From the NCBI GenBank assembly GCA_963769425.1, contig CAVYLP010000006.1:512001-576000 (forward strand): a DNA stretch of 64,000 nt, in the 5' to 3' direction. This stretch comes from Candidatus Bathyarchaeota archaeon. GTDB taxonomy: Archaea; Thermoproteota; Bathyarchaeia; TCS64. Shown here piece by piece: positions 38,808-50,000 of this stretch (position 1 is its first letter; every line of letters begins with the position of its first letter). The notes below the pieces were generated by a model. It was not told the DNA's origin and ran no database searches. It saw only the letters and a program-made list of their open reading frames with translations. The position numbers and the translations under genes were made by a program.

Positions 38808-39782
38808 CTATGTAACACGGGTGGCCTTAGTCAGCCTATATTGTAGGCGTGCGATTGTTGTTCTAAGAGCCTTGATGGGGCGGTGAGGTTTCTCGAATAT
38901 TCCCATGACTCCGTTGGGTTCGATCATGAGTATGAACACTATGAAGAGCATTGGGTAGAGGGCTTCGTAGTCGACAGCCTGTAATCCGAAGATGGCGATG
39001 GCGATAATGCCGAGTGCCTTCTGGGAGAAGGCGGCGAGGAAGCCCCCAATCACGGCTCCAGTGACGCTGTGGAGGCCACCCATCACGCTCCCCGCCATCA
39101 CGAGCACGAGGAATTGGTCGTTGTAGCCCAGCCCAGTGTACTGCCAGAGGGGGATCAGTCCCCCAGCTAGGCCTGCTAGCGCCCCGGTCATGAACCAGCT
39201 GAGGGTGTGTATTACATTGATGTTTATTCCGAGGCTCGATGCGAGTGGTTCGTCCTCGGCGACGGCCCTGAAGGCGATTCCCTGTTTCATTTTGGTGAAG
39301 AATAGGTAGAGGGAGACGACGAGTACAACACAGATTGGGAGGGTCACTAGGAGGACTCCAGGGTAGCCCTCCCACTGGAAGTCGCTCCCCATGAGGCTGA
39401 AACCAGAGGTAGGTGCACCTTGGCTGAATAGGAACCAGTAGCTGTATATCGAGACGAGGGATGCCAGCATCTCGGCGATGGCGAAGAAGGCGAATGTGAT
39501 CGTGATCTCGTGTGCGCCTGTCGCTTTTATTGGCCGCACTACGAGGAAGTAGAGGAGCAGACCCACTAATCCGCAGAATAACATGGCAAATGGGATCGCA
39601 GAGTAGGGATCAAACCCATAGATCTTAACGAGACTGAAACTTACTACTGTTCCTAGAGTTGCGATTGCGGTGTGCCCGAAGTTGGGGAACTTCTCCACCA
39701 TGTAGGTGAACGTGAACCCGACGCAGAGGATTATGACGACCCCCATCTGTACCAGGGTACCCACTACGAGGGTGGAGAGCAT
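38808..39782 (-). CDS. livH: Branched-chain amino-acid ABC transporter permease (LivH-like)
   Basis: GFTFTY..FPNFGH, GIAFRAVAEDEPLASSLGIN, GALAGLAG, MGGL.SV.GA. Confidence 0.85.
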   Translation of the reverse strand: MLSTLVVGTLVQMGVVIILCVGFTFTYMVEKFPNFGHTAIATLGTVVSFSLVKIYGFDPYSAIPFAMLFCGLVGLLLYFLVVRPIKATGAHEITITFAFFAIAEMLASLVSIYSYWFLFSQGAPTSGFSLMGSDFQWEGYPGVLLVTLPICVVLVVSLYLFFTKMKQGIAFRAVAEDEPLASSLGININVIHTLSWFMTGALAGLAGGLIPLWQYTGLGYNDQFLVLVMAGSVMGGLHSVTGAVIGGFLAAFSQKALGIIAIAIFGLQAVDYEALYPMLFIVFILMIEPNGVMGIFEKPHRPIKALRTTIARLQYRLTKATRVT

Positions 39783-39883
39783 CCTACCCTCCTAGGCTCG
39801 GGGGTTTAAAAAAATGTCGCAGGTATGATCCTAGCTCCCGCTGGGAGTTTGAAATGAGAAAAAATAGAAAGAGGGGGATTTGT

Positions 39884-42761
39884 TTACGCGATCTTGCGAC
39901 TGATCTGCATCAGGGCTACGATTGCGGCTAGTGCAGCTACCAAGCTTGCGCCGATTGCTGCGTAGACGAGCGTCGTGAGGCCGTTTGCTGCGGCTGCGGC
40001 GTTGTCTGCTGCGGTCTTAGCGTCGTTCGCTGCGGTAGTTGCTGACGTTGCCTGAGTGCTCGCGGCAGTTGCAGCGGCGCTCGCAGCTTGTGCTGCGGTG
40101 CTCGCGGCAGTTGCAGCAGCTGCTGCAGAGGTAGCGGCTGTCGAGGCTGCGGTGGCTGTGGTTGCGACGTTACCGATCGTGGCTGCAAGGCTGGTCACAC
40201 TAGTTGCTAGATCAGTGATCTGCTTTTGTAGAGCAACGATCTGCACATTACTCGTGCCCGTAGAAGTGGGCGTAACAGCGAAGCTGCCGCTTGCAATCGT
40301 GCTGCTATCTGTGCCGATCCACTTCCAAGTGTAAGTACCGTTAACAGCGTCATTTGCTAGAGTCATCGGGTTACTGCCAGCAGTCTGGCTTGAGTACGGG
40401 GCTGTAAACCAGTCACCCGTCTTAACCCAAGTCTTCAATGCGTCACCACTGAAGACAACGGCACCAGTAGGATCCATGATCTTCAGCATACTGCCGTAGA
40501 CCACACCCGTTGGGTCGTTGCCGAAGGAGTGCTCCAGCGTGAAGGAGATCGTTTCTCCTGCTGCGAAGGATGCCTTCCTAGGTGTAGCGACGACATGAGT
40601 TGGACCAATGACGAAGCTAGTCGTTGCCTTGAATGCACTGGAAGATGTGTCAGTTGCGTTGATGTAGTAGTTACCCGCACTAAGTTTTGTGCCGCTGGGT
40701 GATGCGATCCACCAAGCAGCGAGATTTCCACTGCCAGTGTTACCAGCAGTCCCGGTTATTACAGCGGGACCAGGAGTTGGCCAAGTGTTGTTTTTAACGT
40801 CCATTGTCCACCAGTTACCGATAACGCCGGTACTGGTCAAATTATAGAGGACGAAGTTTACACTAGGGCCAGATCCATCGAAGCCTTTGCCTGTTATAGT
40901 AACGTTGAAGCCGCTTGGGAAGGTCGTCGAGGAGGTTGTGATAGATGTACCATATGTTACGGTGAATGCCGTGGTTATCGGGATTTTAGAAGAGACATCA
41001 AACACTTTTATTGTATATATGCCAGGCGTCAGAGTGGGGATAGTTAGTTCAGTGGGGGGTAGAGCACCGCCAGTGTTGACGGACGCGCTTGAGACAAGCG
41101 TAGTCCAGGTGCTACCAGTACCGATGCTTACGTTGAAAGTGCCAGGGAACGTGAAACCAAAGCCTGTTAGGGTAGTGTGCCAACCAACAGGTCCGCTCGT
41201 ATCTGCAAGAGATATTAGAACATTACCGATATTGAAGGCAGAAGTGGCAGATAATGTCGCATTAGCGATGTTTGCATTGACCTTGTAGCTACCGGATGGC
41301 TGAAGTGGCACAGTAAATGTGCTGCTAAAGGTTCCATCTGCAAGAGTCTTTGTAGTTCCAAAGTTTGCAATGGTTGCAGTATTAGCGGTGTTGACGAGGT
41401 CAACAGACACTGTTATGCCAGAGACCCTCTCATAAGAGGCACCTGATACCGTTACGGTAGAGCCTTGTGCACCGAATGAAGGTGTCACAGTCACTGATGG
41501 CTGTCCTGTGATCTGGAAGTCTGCTGAAGCTGAAATAGCAGTACCGTGAGCCGTGACCGTGATGGTGTAGTCATCCTTTATGTTCTTGCCAGTCGGGACA
41601 ATAACATCAAAGGAGAATCTGCCAGATGGGTCAGCTGTTGGAATGTGCGATGGGTTGTAAACTTGCATGTACTGAGGTGTCATACCAGGCTCAGTGAGTA
41701 CAATGTCGCCTGAAGCTGGAGTGGGATGTTGGAATGTAGAACCTGGCTGGGAATCCGCGACCAAGAACGTGTATAATACTGCCAGATACCGCTGATGTTG
41801 GAGTGATACTGATTGTGGGTCCTACATTGAAAGTTGCGGTGTAGTATACACCGTCGCCATCAAGGGCTTCGATCGCTCCAGTTGAGGGGTTAGTTAATGT
41901 TGATGGAATAGTTACAGAGGTCTGAACGGAACCAACGCTGTTAGTTGTGACACGACCTAATGAGATCAGGGTCGCAGCAGTGAATGCGTAGTAACCGTAG
42001 CCAATGTTAATGGCTGCTCCATTAGCGGGTGTTCCTGCTGTTGTGAAAGTGATCGCAACAGCGCCAGTTATGTAGTTAATGCTGCCTGAGCTAATGGTAG
42101 TGCCAGTGATATCACCACCGGAGTCTGTTCCTACGGCAGTTCCAGCGACGTAAACCGTTACAGTCCCAGGCTTTACTAGCCCGTTGGCGAGTGTCCCAGT
42201 GAATCCCGTCGTAGAGCCGTCACCAGTAGCCAAGTTCTCATAAGGTGTACCAACTGTTGTAACAGGGGTCCAACCAGGAACTGGCGTATTTCCGTTGTTG
42301 TAAGCGATTTTAACGTCGATAGATCCTGAGAATCCGTAGAGATTGAGGGTGATAGAGTCACCAGGAAGTCCAGAGGATGAGGTCATCTTGATGTATGAGT
42401 TGACTGTGAATAGGGCACTGAAGGTATTAGCGGCTGAGTCCTTTATCCAAACATAATGGGCGCCGTTAGTAGCCTCTGGAACGTCGAACCAGATCTCATA
42501 GTTACCACTACTCTTTACAGTAGTGCTGTTCATGAGACCATTTACACCGTTCCATGCGTGTGTCACGTCATCCCAGTAGAGTTGGATGGTGGTCCCAGCG
42601 GGCTCACCCGTTCCAGTGACCTTTATGGTATCGCCCTTCTTTCCATTAGAAACGTTCAAGAAGGGACCAGTAACAATAGCATTAGAGAATATCGTAGATG
42701 GAATTAGAGCTAGCATCATTGAAGCAATTACTATCAATGGTAGAGCTTTCTTACCATTCAT
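39884..42761 (-). CDS. Large Thr/Gly-rich cell-surface (S-layer-like) protein, about 960 aa, frameshifted near 41750
   Basis: Signal peptide MNGKKALPLIVIASMMLALIPSTIFSNA; Ig-like repeats (G..VTVSG..F/Y); Ala/Thr coiled stalk; C-terminal TM with basic tail (LVYAAIGASLVAALAAIVALMQISRKIA); removing one C joins VLGRGF to QPGSTF. Confidence 0.85.
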
Positions 42762-42855
42762 TTTTTCTTTTTTCACCTTGTTTATCGTCTCGGTAGAGGG
42801 TATGAGAGACTCAAACCTATCTACCACGACGATTGAGAAAACGAGACCACGATCC

Positions 42856-42915
42856 TACTTAAGCGTATGTCTACAGCCACCAACCTTTGTATACAGGAAT
42901 GGGACAATGTATACA
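42856..42915 (-). promoter_or_regulatory. Putative TATA box with three TGT(A/C)TACA boxes at exact 20-bp spacing
   Basis: TGTCTACA at 42868, TGTATACA at 42888 and 42908; CTTAAGTA on the minus strand at 42856-42863. Confidence 0.55.
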
Positions 42916-43111
42916 ATAAAATGGATTGTCTCAAAAAAAGGGAACATGAAATATGTATGATAAGTAAGCTTTTTCAGAGAATTGATTAAAAAAAATTTCA
43001 CGCCAACTTCTTATAAGTCACAGGTGAAATTGACTGTAAATATTTAGTAAGTTAAAAATATCAAATAGTGAAAGATATTAAAGTCAAAAATGACTTAATA
43101 AATGTTAAAAA

Positions 43112-43699
43112 TCAAGATTTGTGTCTGATGTACTTTATAGTCGCCATTCCGCGGAGGCTGTCTTTTTCAACTTCAGCATACCCAAGGGATTCCATTAACC
43201 CGTGAACATAGCTGAGCAAGAGATTTGTAAATTCTTCCGACATCTCAAAGCCTGTGAACCTGAGCACGGCGTCGTCGCCATCTACAATCTCAACCTCGTC
43301 AAGGTTCCAACTTGCCAGTAGATCCCTTCGAATGAAGGGGATTATCTCATCTGCAGTGAGTTTACCCGATAAATAGCGTCCGTACCATCGACCTGCTTCC
43401 TCCCATAGTGCGGGAAGATCTTCAACGCGACCATTTCTCAGGTCAGCTACAAGTTGACCTAGACTACTTCTTGGAACCATCATAGCTCCTGCTCCTCTGT
43501 GTATTTCGCCCATCCTGTAGGCTTCCACCGCTTCCACAAGAGGTGCCCCAAGTGTCTCAGCTCGTAGAGCCTCCTCTAGAACTTCGGTTGCGTATCCGGT
43601 AAGGCTCGTCCCCTTCTTGTTGGAGACATCCCTCAATCTATCAACGAGTTCGCTTGGGAGCATCAGAAGCTTCGCGTCTTCTGGTTGTTTCTTGGTCAA
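43112..43699 (-). CDS. Hypothetical protein with N-terminal ribbon-helix-helix-like domain
   Basis: LLMLPSELVDRLRDVSNKKGTSLTGYATEVLEEAL; TTG start after AAGGAG; paralog of the upstream gene. Confidence 0.7.
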   Translation of the reverse strand: MTKKQPEDAKLLMLPSELVDRLRDVSNKKGTSLTGYATEVLEEALRAETLGAPLVEAVEAYRMGEIHRGAGAMMVPRSSLGQLVADLRNGRVEDLPALWEEAGRWYGRYLSGKLTADEIIPFIRRDLLASWNLDEVEIVDGDDAVLRFTGFEMSEEFTNLLLSYVHGLMESLGYAEVEKDSLRGMATIKYIRHKS

Positions 43700-43703
43700 C
43701 TCA

Positions 43704-44271
43704 TCACTCCTTAGCAAGCCGCAATTTTATGATACCTCGACTGGCCTCGTTCTCTAGCGTTTTATAACCGAGAACCTGGAAGGCTGCCTCGATGAATGTT
43801 GCAAAGACTTCAGTATAGCCCTTGGTGTAGTGCTCGTTAATGCAACTAACGATGAGTTCATCCCTTTTTCCAGCTCTCAGCTGTGAACTGGCTACCGTGA
43901 GTCATGAAGGAGAGGGCGTCGGTTAAGTCTTTGATTGGCTCTTTTCCTTTGCTCTTGAAGTATTTACCGTACCAGAAGCCCATGTCCCGCCATAGGTCTT
44001 TGATCTTTTCTTTATCCTTGGCATAGGCGGCGTCGACGACCTGATAGTAGAGGTGCTCGACGGTGAAGGTGAGGCCCATCTCGCGGGCGCGCTCCATGTC
44101 GCTCCGGCGATCAATCGCCTCCTTCAGGTTTGTACCCTGCTCCTCAGCGCGGAGCGCTTGCTCAAGAATATCGTTGACTGTCTGGTAGACCGTGAGGCCA
44201 CGCTTCTCCGCTAGCTGGGCAACCCTGTTCGCTAGGTCATCATCCGCAGCCAGCATCTTTCGCTTAGACAA
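43704..44271 (-). CDS. Paralogous RHH-like protein, frameshifted near 43865
   Basis: KMLAADDDLANRVAQLAEKRGLTVYQTVNDILEQALRAE; the alternative frame continues DELIVSC...YTEVFATFIEAAFQVLGY...SRGIIKLRLAKE*, matching the neighbour's C-terminus. Confidence 0.7.
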
Positions 44272-44387
44272 GCTACGCCTCCCGGTCCGAAGTTTCCATT
44301 TGGACTAATACTCCTACGGGTCTAAAACCTTTACCAATTACCCTTTTTCTAGGTTATATGGACTGGGTCAAAGAATTTAAAGAGAGG

Positions 44388-44409
44388 GTTTAGAACGGCT
44401 GTTCTAAAC
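44388..44409. promoter_or_regulatory. Perfect 9-bp inverted repeat (operator or terminator hairpin)
   Basis: GTTTAGAAC-GGCT-GTTCTAAAC between the carS stop and the RHH pair. Confidence 0.4.
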
Positions 44410-44435
44410 TTCGAACGGTTACGAACTCTATGGTT

Positions 44436-44924
44436 CTACCAGGGTTCTTTCTTCCAATTTAGGCCCCAGGCGAATAGGTTTGAAACGTAGTGAACGGGAA
44501 TCGTCGTTAATATCATCGCCACGTCTTGCTGCCACATTGGTCTTGGCTCTACGATGCTCCCGAGGAGGATGGCTACGATGATAAAGCCCACTTGATCCCA
44601 CAGAGGGAGAGATTTACCGGGCTCAAGGCCTAAGCGCCGCTTTATGAAGGCAAATAGCAGGTCGCCACCTATCGCACCGACAGCGAAGAGAGTTCCCTGG
44701 AGAACGTTTCCCTGAGCGACGGCGAAGAGAGCCCCGACGACAACACCCGCAAGTGTACCGTAGTTGGTCTTGTGGTCACCGAGGATTCGCCTCCCGTCTC
44801 TCCAGTTCCGGCCTCCGTCAAGTGGGCCACCACCGTGTAAAAGGACCGGGGCAGCGTTGGCAAAGTAAGCGGGTAGGAAGAGCCAGATCGTACCCAGGAA
44901 CCAGTTAATCTCCTCGGTCACCAA
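44436..44924 (-). CDS. carS: CDP-archaeol synthase
   Basis: LPAYFANAAP, PLDGG, DGRRILGDHKT, GDL..AFIKRRLG, DQ..F, N..A..L..K.EPW. Confidence 0.92.
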   Translation of the reverse strand: MVTEEINWFLGTIWLFLPAYFANAAPVLLHGGGPLDGGRNWRDGRRILGDHKTNYGTLAGVVVGALFAVAQGNVLQGTLFAVGAIGGDLLFAFIKRRLGLEPGKSLPLWDQVGFIIVAILLGSIVEPRPMWQQDVAMILTTIPVHYVSNLFAWGLNWKKEPW

Positions 44925-45610
44925 CGCTGCTCATCACCTAGCCCAGTCTGCGTTATCGTGAATCTGGTCGCGCCTCTGAGGCCTTCCGGCTTTTCGACGG
45001 TGGCCTGTTTCACTCCCTGCGTCGCTGTGTTATCGATCCTTATGACTGTGTCGCTCCAGTACCGGAGGAGGCGCTGTGCGACGGGCTCGACGGCTGGAAC
45101 GGGGGAGTCGAGGACGCTCCTAACCTGGCCGGTGAGGAGAACTGCAACGCTCATGGTGAGCGCGGTCTCTTTCAGGGAGCCAAGCTGCCTGTTCAGCTCC
45201 TTGTTCTCCGAGAAGGTCTTCTGGGCGTTCCCCGTCTCGACCCTATATAGACCCGTTACGGAGTCGACGCAGGCCAAGTCACCACCAGTTAGCTGATCTG
45301 CTAAGTTATCGATTGCGTCTGCCTGTTCCTCGAAGGTCGACGGTCGGATGTAAATTAGTCTCTGGAGGAATGCAGGATCACCAGTCATCTGGGTGAGGCG
45401 GGTAGGGGCAAACTTTGCATCCGAGTCGATGTAGACTAGTTTAGCGGCGTGGTCCAAGCGGAGGAGGTTAGCCGCGGCGCTTAGAGCCAGTGTGGTCTTC
45501 CCTGAGGCGGGCTCACCGTAGACGAGGGTAACACTGCCCCTAGACAGCCCTCCCGACAGCAGGGCATCTAAGCTCCCCGAGCCTGTGGGTACCCTTCGTC
45601 CAGCCTCCAT
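44918..45610 (-). CDS. radB: DNA repair protein RadB
   Basis: TGSGSLDALLSGG, GEPASGKT, YIDSD, VDSVTGLYR; RecA core only, no RadA N-domain. Confidence 0.8.
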   Translation of the reverse strand: MEAGRRVPTGSGSLDALLSGGLSRGSVTLVYGEPASGKTTLALSAAANLLRLDHAAKLVYIDSDAKFAPTRLTQMTGDPAFLQRLIYIRPSTFEEQADAIDNLADQLTGGDLACVDSVTGLYRVETGNAQKTFSENKELNRQLGSLKETALTMSVAVLLTGQVRSVLDSPVPAVEPVAQRLLRYWSDTVIRIDNTATQGVKQATVEKPEGLRGATRFTITQTGLGDEQRW

Positions 45611-45627
45611 CAGTTAAGGTCACCTAG

Positions 45628-46614
45628 TTATTTAGCCGGCGTATCACAGACGCGCCAAGAACAGCCTCTCCCTGCTCCCTTGAGCAAATCCTCGACTTCT
45701 CGGGATTTGACAGCGGTCGTTGCTCCTGGTGCGGTGACGCATGACGCTCCCGCTGCCTGCCCTTCGAGCAGGGCACGCATGAATTCGTCCCCTGAGGCCG
45801 CCGAGGGGTCCCTAGTCTTCATTAGACTGTGAATGAGTCCCGCGCACAGAGCGTCCCCGGCCCCAGTCGTGTCGACCTCATCGACCCTGAAGCCCGGCAT
45901 GGCGATCTCATCCTCGCCCCGCAAGGCGACGAGGCCTGAGGGCCCCGTCGTGAGGATTATCGTATTTGCCCCCAGTCTGCGTAGCTTCCTCGCCGCAGAT
46001 AGGGGATCAACGAGCCCTGTGACTCGCCGCGCCTCATCCTCGTTGAGGTGAAGGATGTCGATGCCCCTGAGGGCCCTCGTGAGGTGGCTCCAGTCGGGCT
46101 CAGTGGGGGGGATAACATCCACTACTGCGACTGTCCCCGATGCATGTGCGGCAGCGAGGAGCTCCTCAAGATCCGCGTCTATGTACCTCAGGCCTCCAAT
46201 CGTGCCTAAGAAGAGGATGCGTGGCGCCTCTGTAAGAATACACTTGACATGCTCTGGTGTGAGTAGGGTGTTGGCAGCTAATTCGGCGATGAACCGCCTA
46301 TCCTCCCCCTCCACAGTAAGCGCTATGTTCTTCGCAGTTGGGGTTGATTTGAGCACCTGAGGTCGAGCGTCGACCCCTGCTTCCTCTAAGGTCTCGCGAA
46401 TATACCTCCCTAGGATGTCGTCCCCGACGCAGCCAGCGGCTGCGACTCCTCTTTGTCCTAGCTGAGCTAGGTCGACGCTGACATTTGCGGCATGACCGCC
46501 TATGTTTAGGGTAATTCCCTTTGGGGCGTAGATTAGGCCACCCGGGGGAGTAATTGCGGGTAGATGGGGGGCCACTATATCGATCATGAAGCTACCGGCG
46601 CAGAGGACATCCAC
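45628..46614 (-). CDS. PfkB-family carbohydrate kinase
   Basis: GGHAANV, GCVGDD..G, NEDE, DTTGAGD. Confidence 0.92.
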   Translation of the reverse strand: MDVLCAGSFMIDIVAPHLPAITPPGGLIYAPKGITLNIGGHAANVSVDLAQLGQRGVAAAGCVGDDILGRYIRETLEEAGVDARPQVLKSTPTAKNIALTVEGEDRRFIAELAANTLLTPEHVKCILTEAPRILFLGTIGGLRYIDADLEELLAAAHASGTVAVVDVIPPTEPDWSHLTRALRGIDILHLNEDEARRVTGLVDPLSAARKLRRLGANTIILTTGPSGLVALRGEDEIAMPGFRVDEVDTTGAGDALCAGLIHSLMKTRDPSAASGDEFMRALLEGQAAGASCVTAPGATTAVKSREVEDLLKGAGRGCSWRVCDTPAK

Positions 46615-46761
46615 GAGAGGTCGCGTTTGATTCGTACCGTGGATGTTTAATTGTTGTGGGGAGGGTATACGTATTCAACTTCGTAGGTTTTTCATGATGG
46701 TATGTATCATCTCAAGGCCCTGGAAAAGAAGTTGATGTTTGAAGGCTCGGGGGAGAGTGTT

Positions 46762-46980
46762 TTAGGATACGGTTATGGCTGAGACGGGACAGGAGTCTGA
46801 CGCGCGCTGAGCATCGGTCTTTGCGTCGTCGTTGAAGGTGCCAACGGATTTGCCGTTGCTCTTTCCGCCGATGACTTTGGATTTGCCCTCCGAGTCTCCT
46901 TCGTAGTGGGCTGGATCTGTTCCGTAGCATACGCCGCAGGCTATGCAGTTCTCCCTGTCGACCTCGATCTTGTAGGACAT
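46762..46980 (-). CDS. Monocluster ferredoxin
   Basis: CIACGVC...CPVSAI. Confidence 0.92.
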   Translation of the reverse strand: MSYKIEVDRENCIACGVCYGTDPAHYEGDSEGKSKVIGGKSNGKSVGTFNDDAKTDAQRASDSCPVSAITVS

Positions 46981-47080
46981 GGAGTTTTTCACTCGGAGTC
47001 GGGTTAGGAACGTTAATATTTAAAGGTTGAATGTCACGTTTCTGGGTTTTTATAATTAGTTGGTTTGGGTTTGTCGACTA

Positions 47081-50000
47081 TTATTGTGTCTCCCTGGGTA
47101 GGGTGACAGTGAAGGTTGTTCCCTTCCCATATGTGGTAGTGAAGGTTAATTTGCCACCATGGGCTTCGACAGCCCTTTTACTGAAGGCTAGGCCGAGTCC
47201 GAGTCCCTTCGCTTTGGTGGTGTAGAAGGTGTCGAATATCCTAGAGACAGCTTCCGGAGGGATTCCGGTGCCTGTGTCACTGAAGTCGATACGGATATCT
47301 CCGTTGTTGAGGGTGGCTGACATGGTGAGCTCGCCACCTCCGGGCATAGCTTCGTAGGCGTTCCTCGTGAGGTTCTCAAACACTCTGTGTATTAGTTCCG
47401 AGTCTATCTTGGCATTCCCCGTTTCCTCAGGGAGAGTCACCTTGAGCTTCACTCCCTGGGGGGGTGGGTTTTCATCGGCAACCTTCCTGATGAGGGAGGT
47501 GATTTCGGTCTCCTCAGGCCTGAGAACAATCTCTCGTGTCCCGGATCGGAGCTCCTCTATCAAATTGAGGGAGCGGTTGACGCTGTCCCGGATGAGGCCG
47601 AGCATCTTTGTTGTCCTGTCAGGGTAGATTAGAGCCATCTCTGCAGCTTGTGAGGCGGAGCTGAGGGGATTCCTGAGATCGTGTGCGATCATAGCCGTGA
47701 GCTTGCTCATGGCCTCCATCCTCTCCGCGTGTAGGAGCTTATCCTGCAGTCGGTTCTTCTCGGTGACGTCTCTGGCGGCAGCGAAGATGCCCGCCACATC
47801 CCCGGCTGGGTCCCTGTAGACCGTTGCATTGTATAGGACCTCAGTCACCTTCCCCGAGGTGTGACGTATTGCGAGGGGGTAGTCCCGTACGTAGCCCTCG
47901 GCGAATACTCTTCTTACGACCTTCCCTAGCCTTCTCAGGCTCTGTGAAGTAGTCGGCGAACTCGCTGCCTATCAGCTTCTCTCTGGGTACCCCGGTTGCC
48001 TGTATAGTTGCCTCGTTAACGTCCGTTATCTTGCCATCTGCGTTGATGGTGACAAGGGGGTCAAGGCTCGCCTCGATGAGGCTCCTCGAGTAATGGGATG
48101 CCGCCTGCAGTCTCTCCTCGACCTCTTTCCTACGGGTAACATCCCTCGCCGCGGCGAAGATACCCTTGACCTCCCCCGCCTCATCCCTGTAGACTGTGGC
48201 GTTGTAGAGGACATCAGTAACCTTTCCAGAGGAGTGGCGGATAGCTAAGGGATAATCTCTTACCTGCCCCTCTTCAAAGACCCTACGATAGCCGATGCGG
48301 GCTTTCTCCGGCTCGGTAAAGTAGTCGCTGAAGTCGCTTCCTATTAAGTGGGTGCGATCCATACCTGTAACGAGTTCTGTCGCCGCGTTGACATCGGTGA
48401 TCCTCCCCGCGGGGTTAATGGTTACAAGGGGGTCGAGACTCGCCTCGATTAGGCTCCTTGTATATAGAGAGGCAGCTATTAGCTCCGCCTCAGCCCGCTT
48501 GAGAGATGTAACGTCCCTAGCCGCAGCGAAGATGCCAGCTATCTGTCCATCGGGTTTCCTATAGACCGTGGCATTATACAGTACATCTGTTGCTTTGCCG
48601 GAGGTGTGACGGATTGCCAATGGATAGTCCGTCACCTGTCCCTTCTCGAAGACCCTACGGTAACCGATACGAGCCTTCTCTGGATCTGTAAAATAATCGC
48701 TGAAGTCGCTGCCAATCAGTTTCCTGCGGGTCACCCCAGTAACCTGTACAGTGGCCTCGTTGACGTCAGTGATTTTACCCTCGACGCTTATGGTGACTAA
48801 TGGATCTTGGCTCGCCTCTATGAGGCTTCGGGTGTAGAGGGATGCGGCCCTTAGATTGGCTTCCGCTTTGTTTAGAGAGGTTACGTCCCTCGCCGCGGCG
48901 AAAATGCCGATTATCTCGCCGAGGGGGTTCCGATAGACAGCTGCGTTGTAGAGGACATCCGTAACTTTGCCCGAGGTGTGACGGATCGCAAGCGGGTAAT
49001 CCGTCACCTGCCCCTTATCGAAGACCCTACGGTAACCGATGCGGGCCTTTTCGGGCTCAGTGAAGTAGTCACTGAAGTCGCTACCTATTAGGCGTTCGCG
49101 CTCGACGCCAGTTACTAGTTCAGTAGCTAGGTTAACGTCTGTAATCTTGCCAACTGCACTAATTGTAACTAGGGGATCAAGACTTGCCTCGAGTAGACTC
49201 CGATTGTAGAGGGACGCGGTTTCAAGCCTGTCCTTCGCAATGGTGATCTCTCTGGTCCTCTCGGCGACTGTGCTTTCAAGGGTGGCGTTATATTTCTGGA
49301 GATCCTCCTCTGAAGACTTTAGCTCCTCGTTTGTGGCGTCTAATCTCTGGTTGAGTTGCTGGAGCTGCTCGTTGCTGACCCTGAGTTCCTCCTCGATGGC
49401 CTGGAGCTCCTCGTTCTTACTCTGCAGCTCCTCATTGGATGCCCTGAGCTCCTCCTCGGCTGCACCGAGATTCTCGTTTGTCGCCCGTAGCTCCTCGTTA
49501 GAGGTTCTGAGCTCCTCCTCAAGTTTCTTCTGCGCCGTTATGTCCTCTATAATCGATATCCTGTAGGGGCGGGAGGTCTTAGCAATCGATGATGTGACCC
49601 GCACCCAGACCCGCTCTCCCGTCTTGCGGATGTAGCGCTTATCGATCGTGTAGCTACGCACCGTATCGTCAAGTAGGTCGCTGAGGAGCAGCTGTTCCCG
49701 CTTCAGATCCTCGGCATCGGTTAAGTCGCTGAACCTGAGCTTACGGATCTCCTCGTGGGAGTAGCCGAGGATCTGGCTTAGGGTATCGTTGCCCCTCAGG
49801 AATCGCCCATCGAGGTCAAGCATTTCGATCCCGACGGCGGCCTGCTCGTAGGTCGCCCTGAACCTCTCTTCACTCTCGCTGAGTGTATCGTTGATGGACG
49901 TAAGCTCCTCGTTGGTTGTTCGAAGCTCCTCCTCCGTGGAGGCTAGTTCCTCGTTTGAGGCGGAGAGCTCCTCGTTAGATGCCCTGAGCTCCTCCTCGGC

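Noticed and set aside
40000-40200. GCA/GCT-rich repeat as a non-coding satellite
   Set aside because: It encodes the Ala/Thr stalk of the surface protein.
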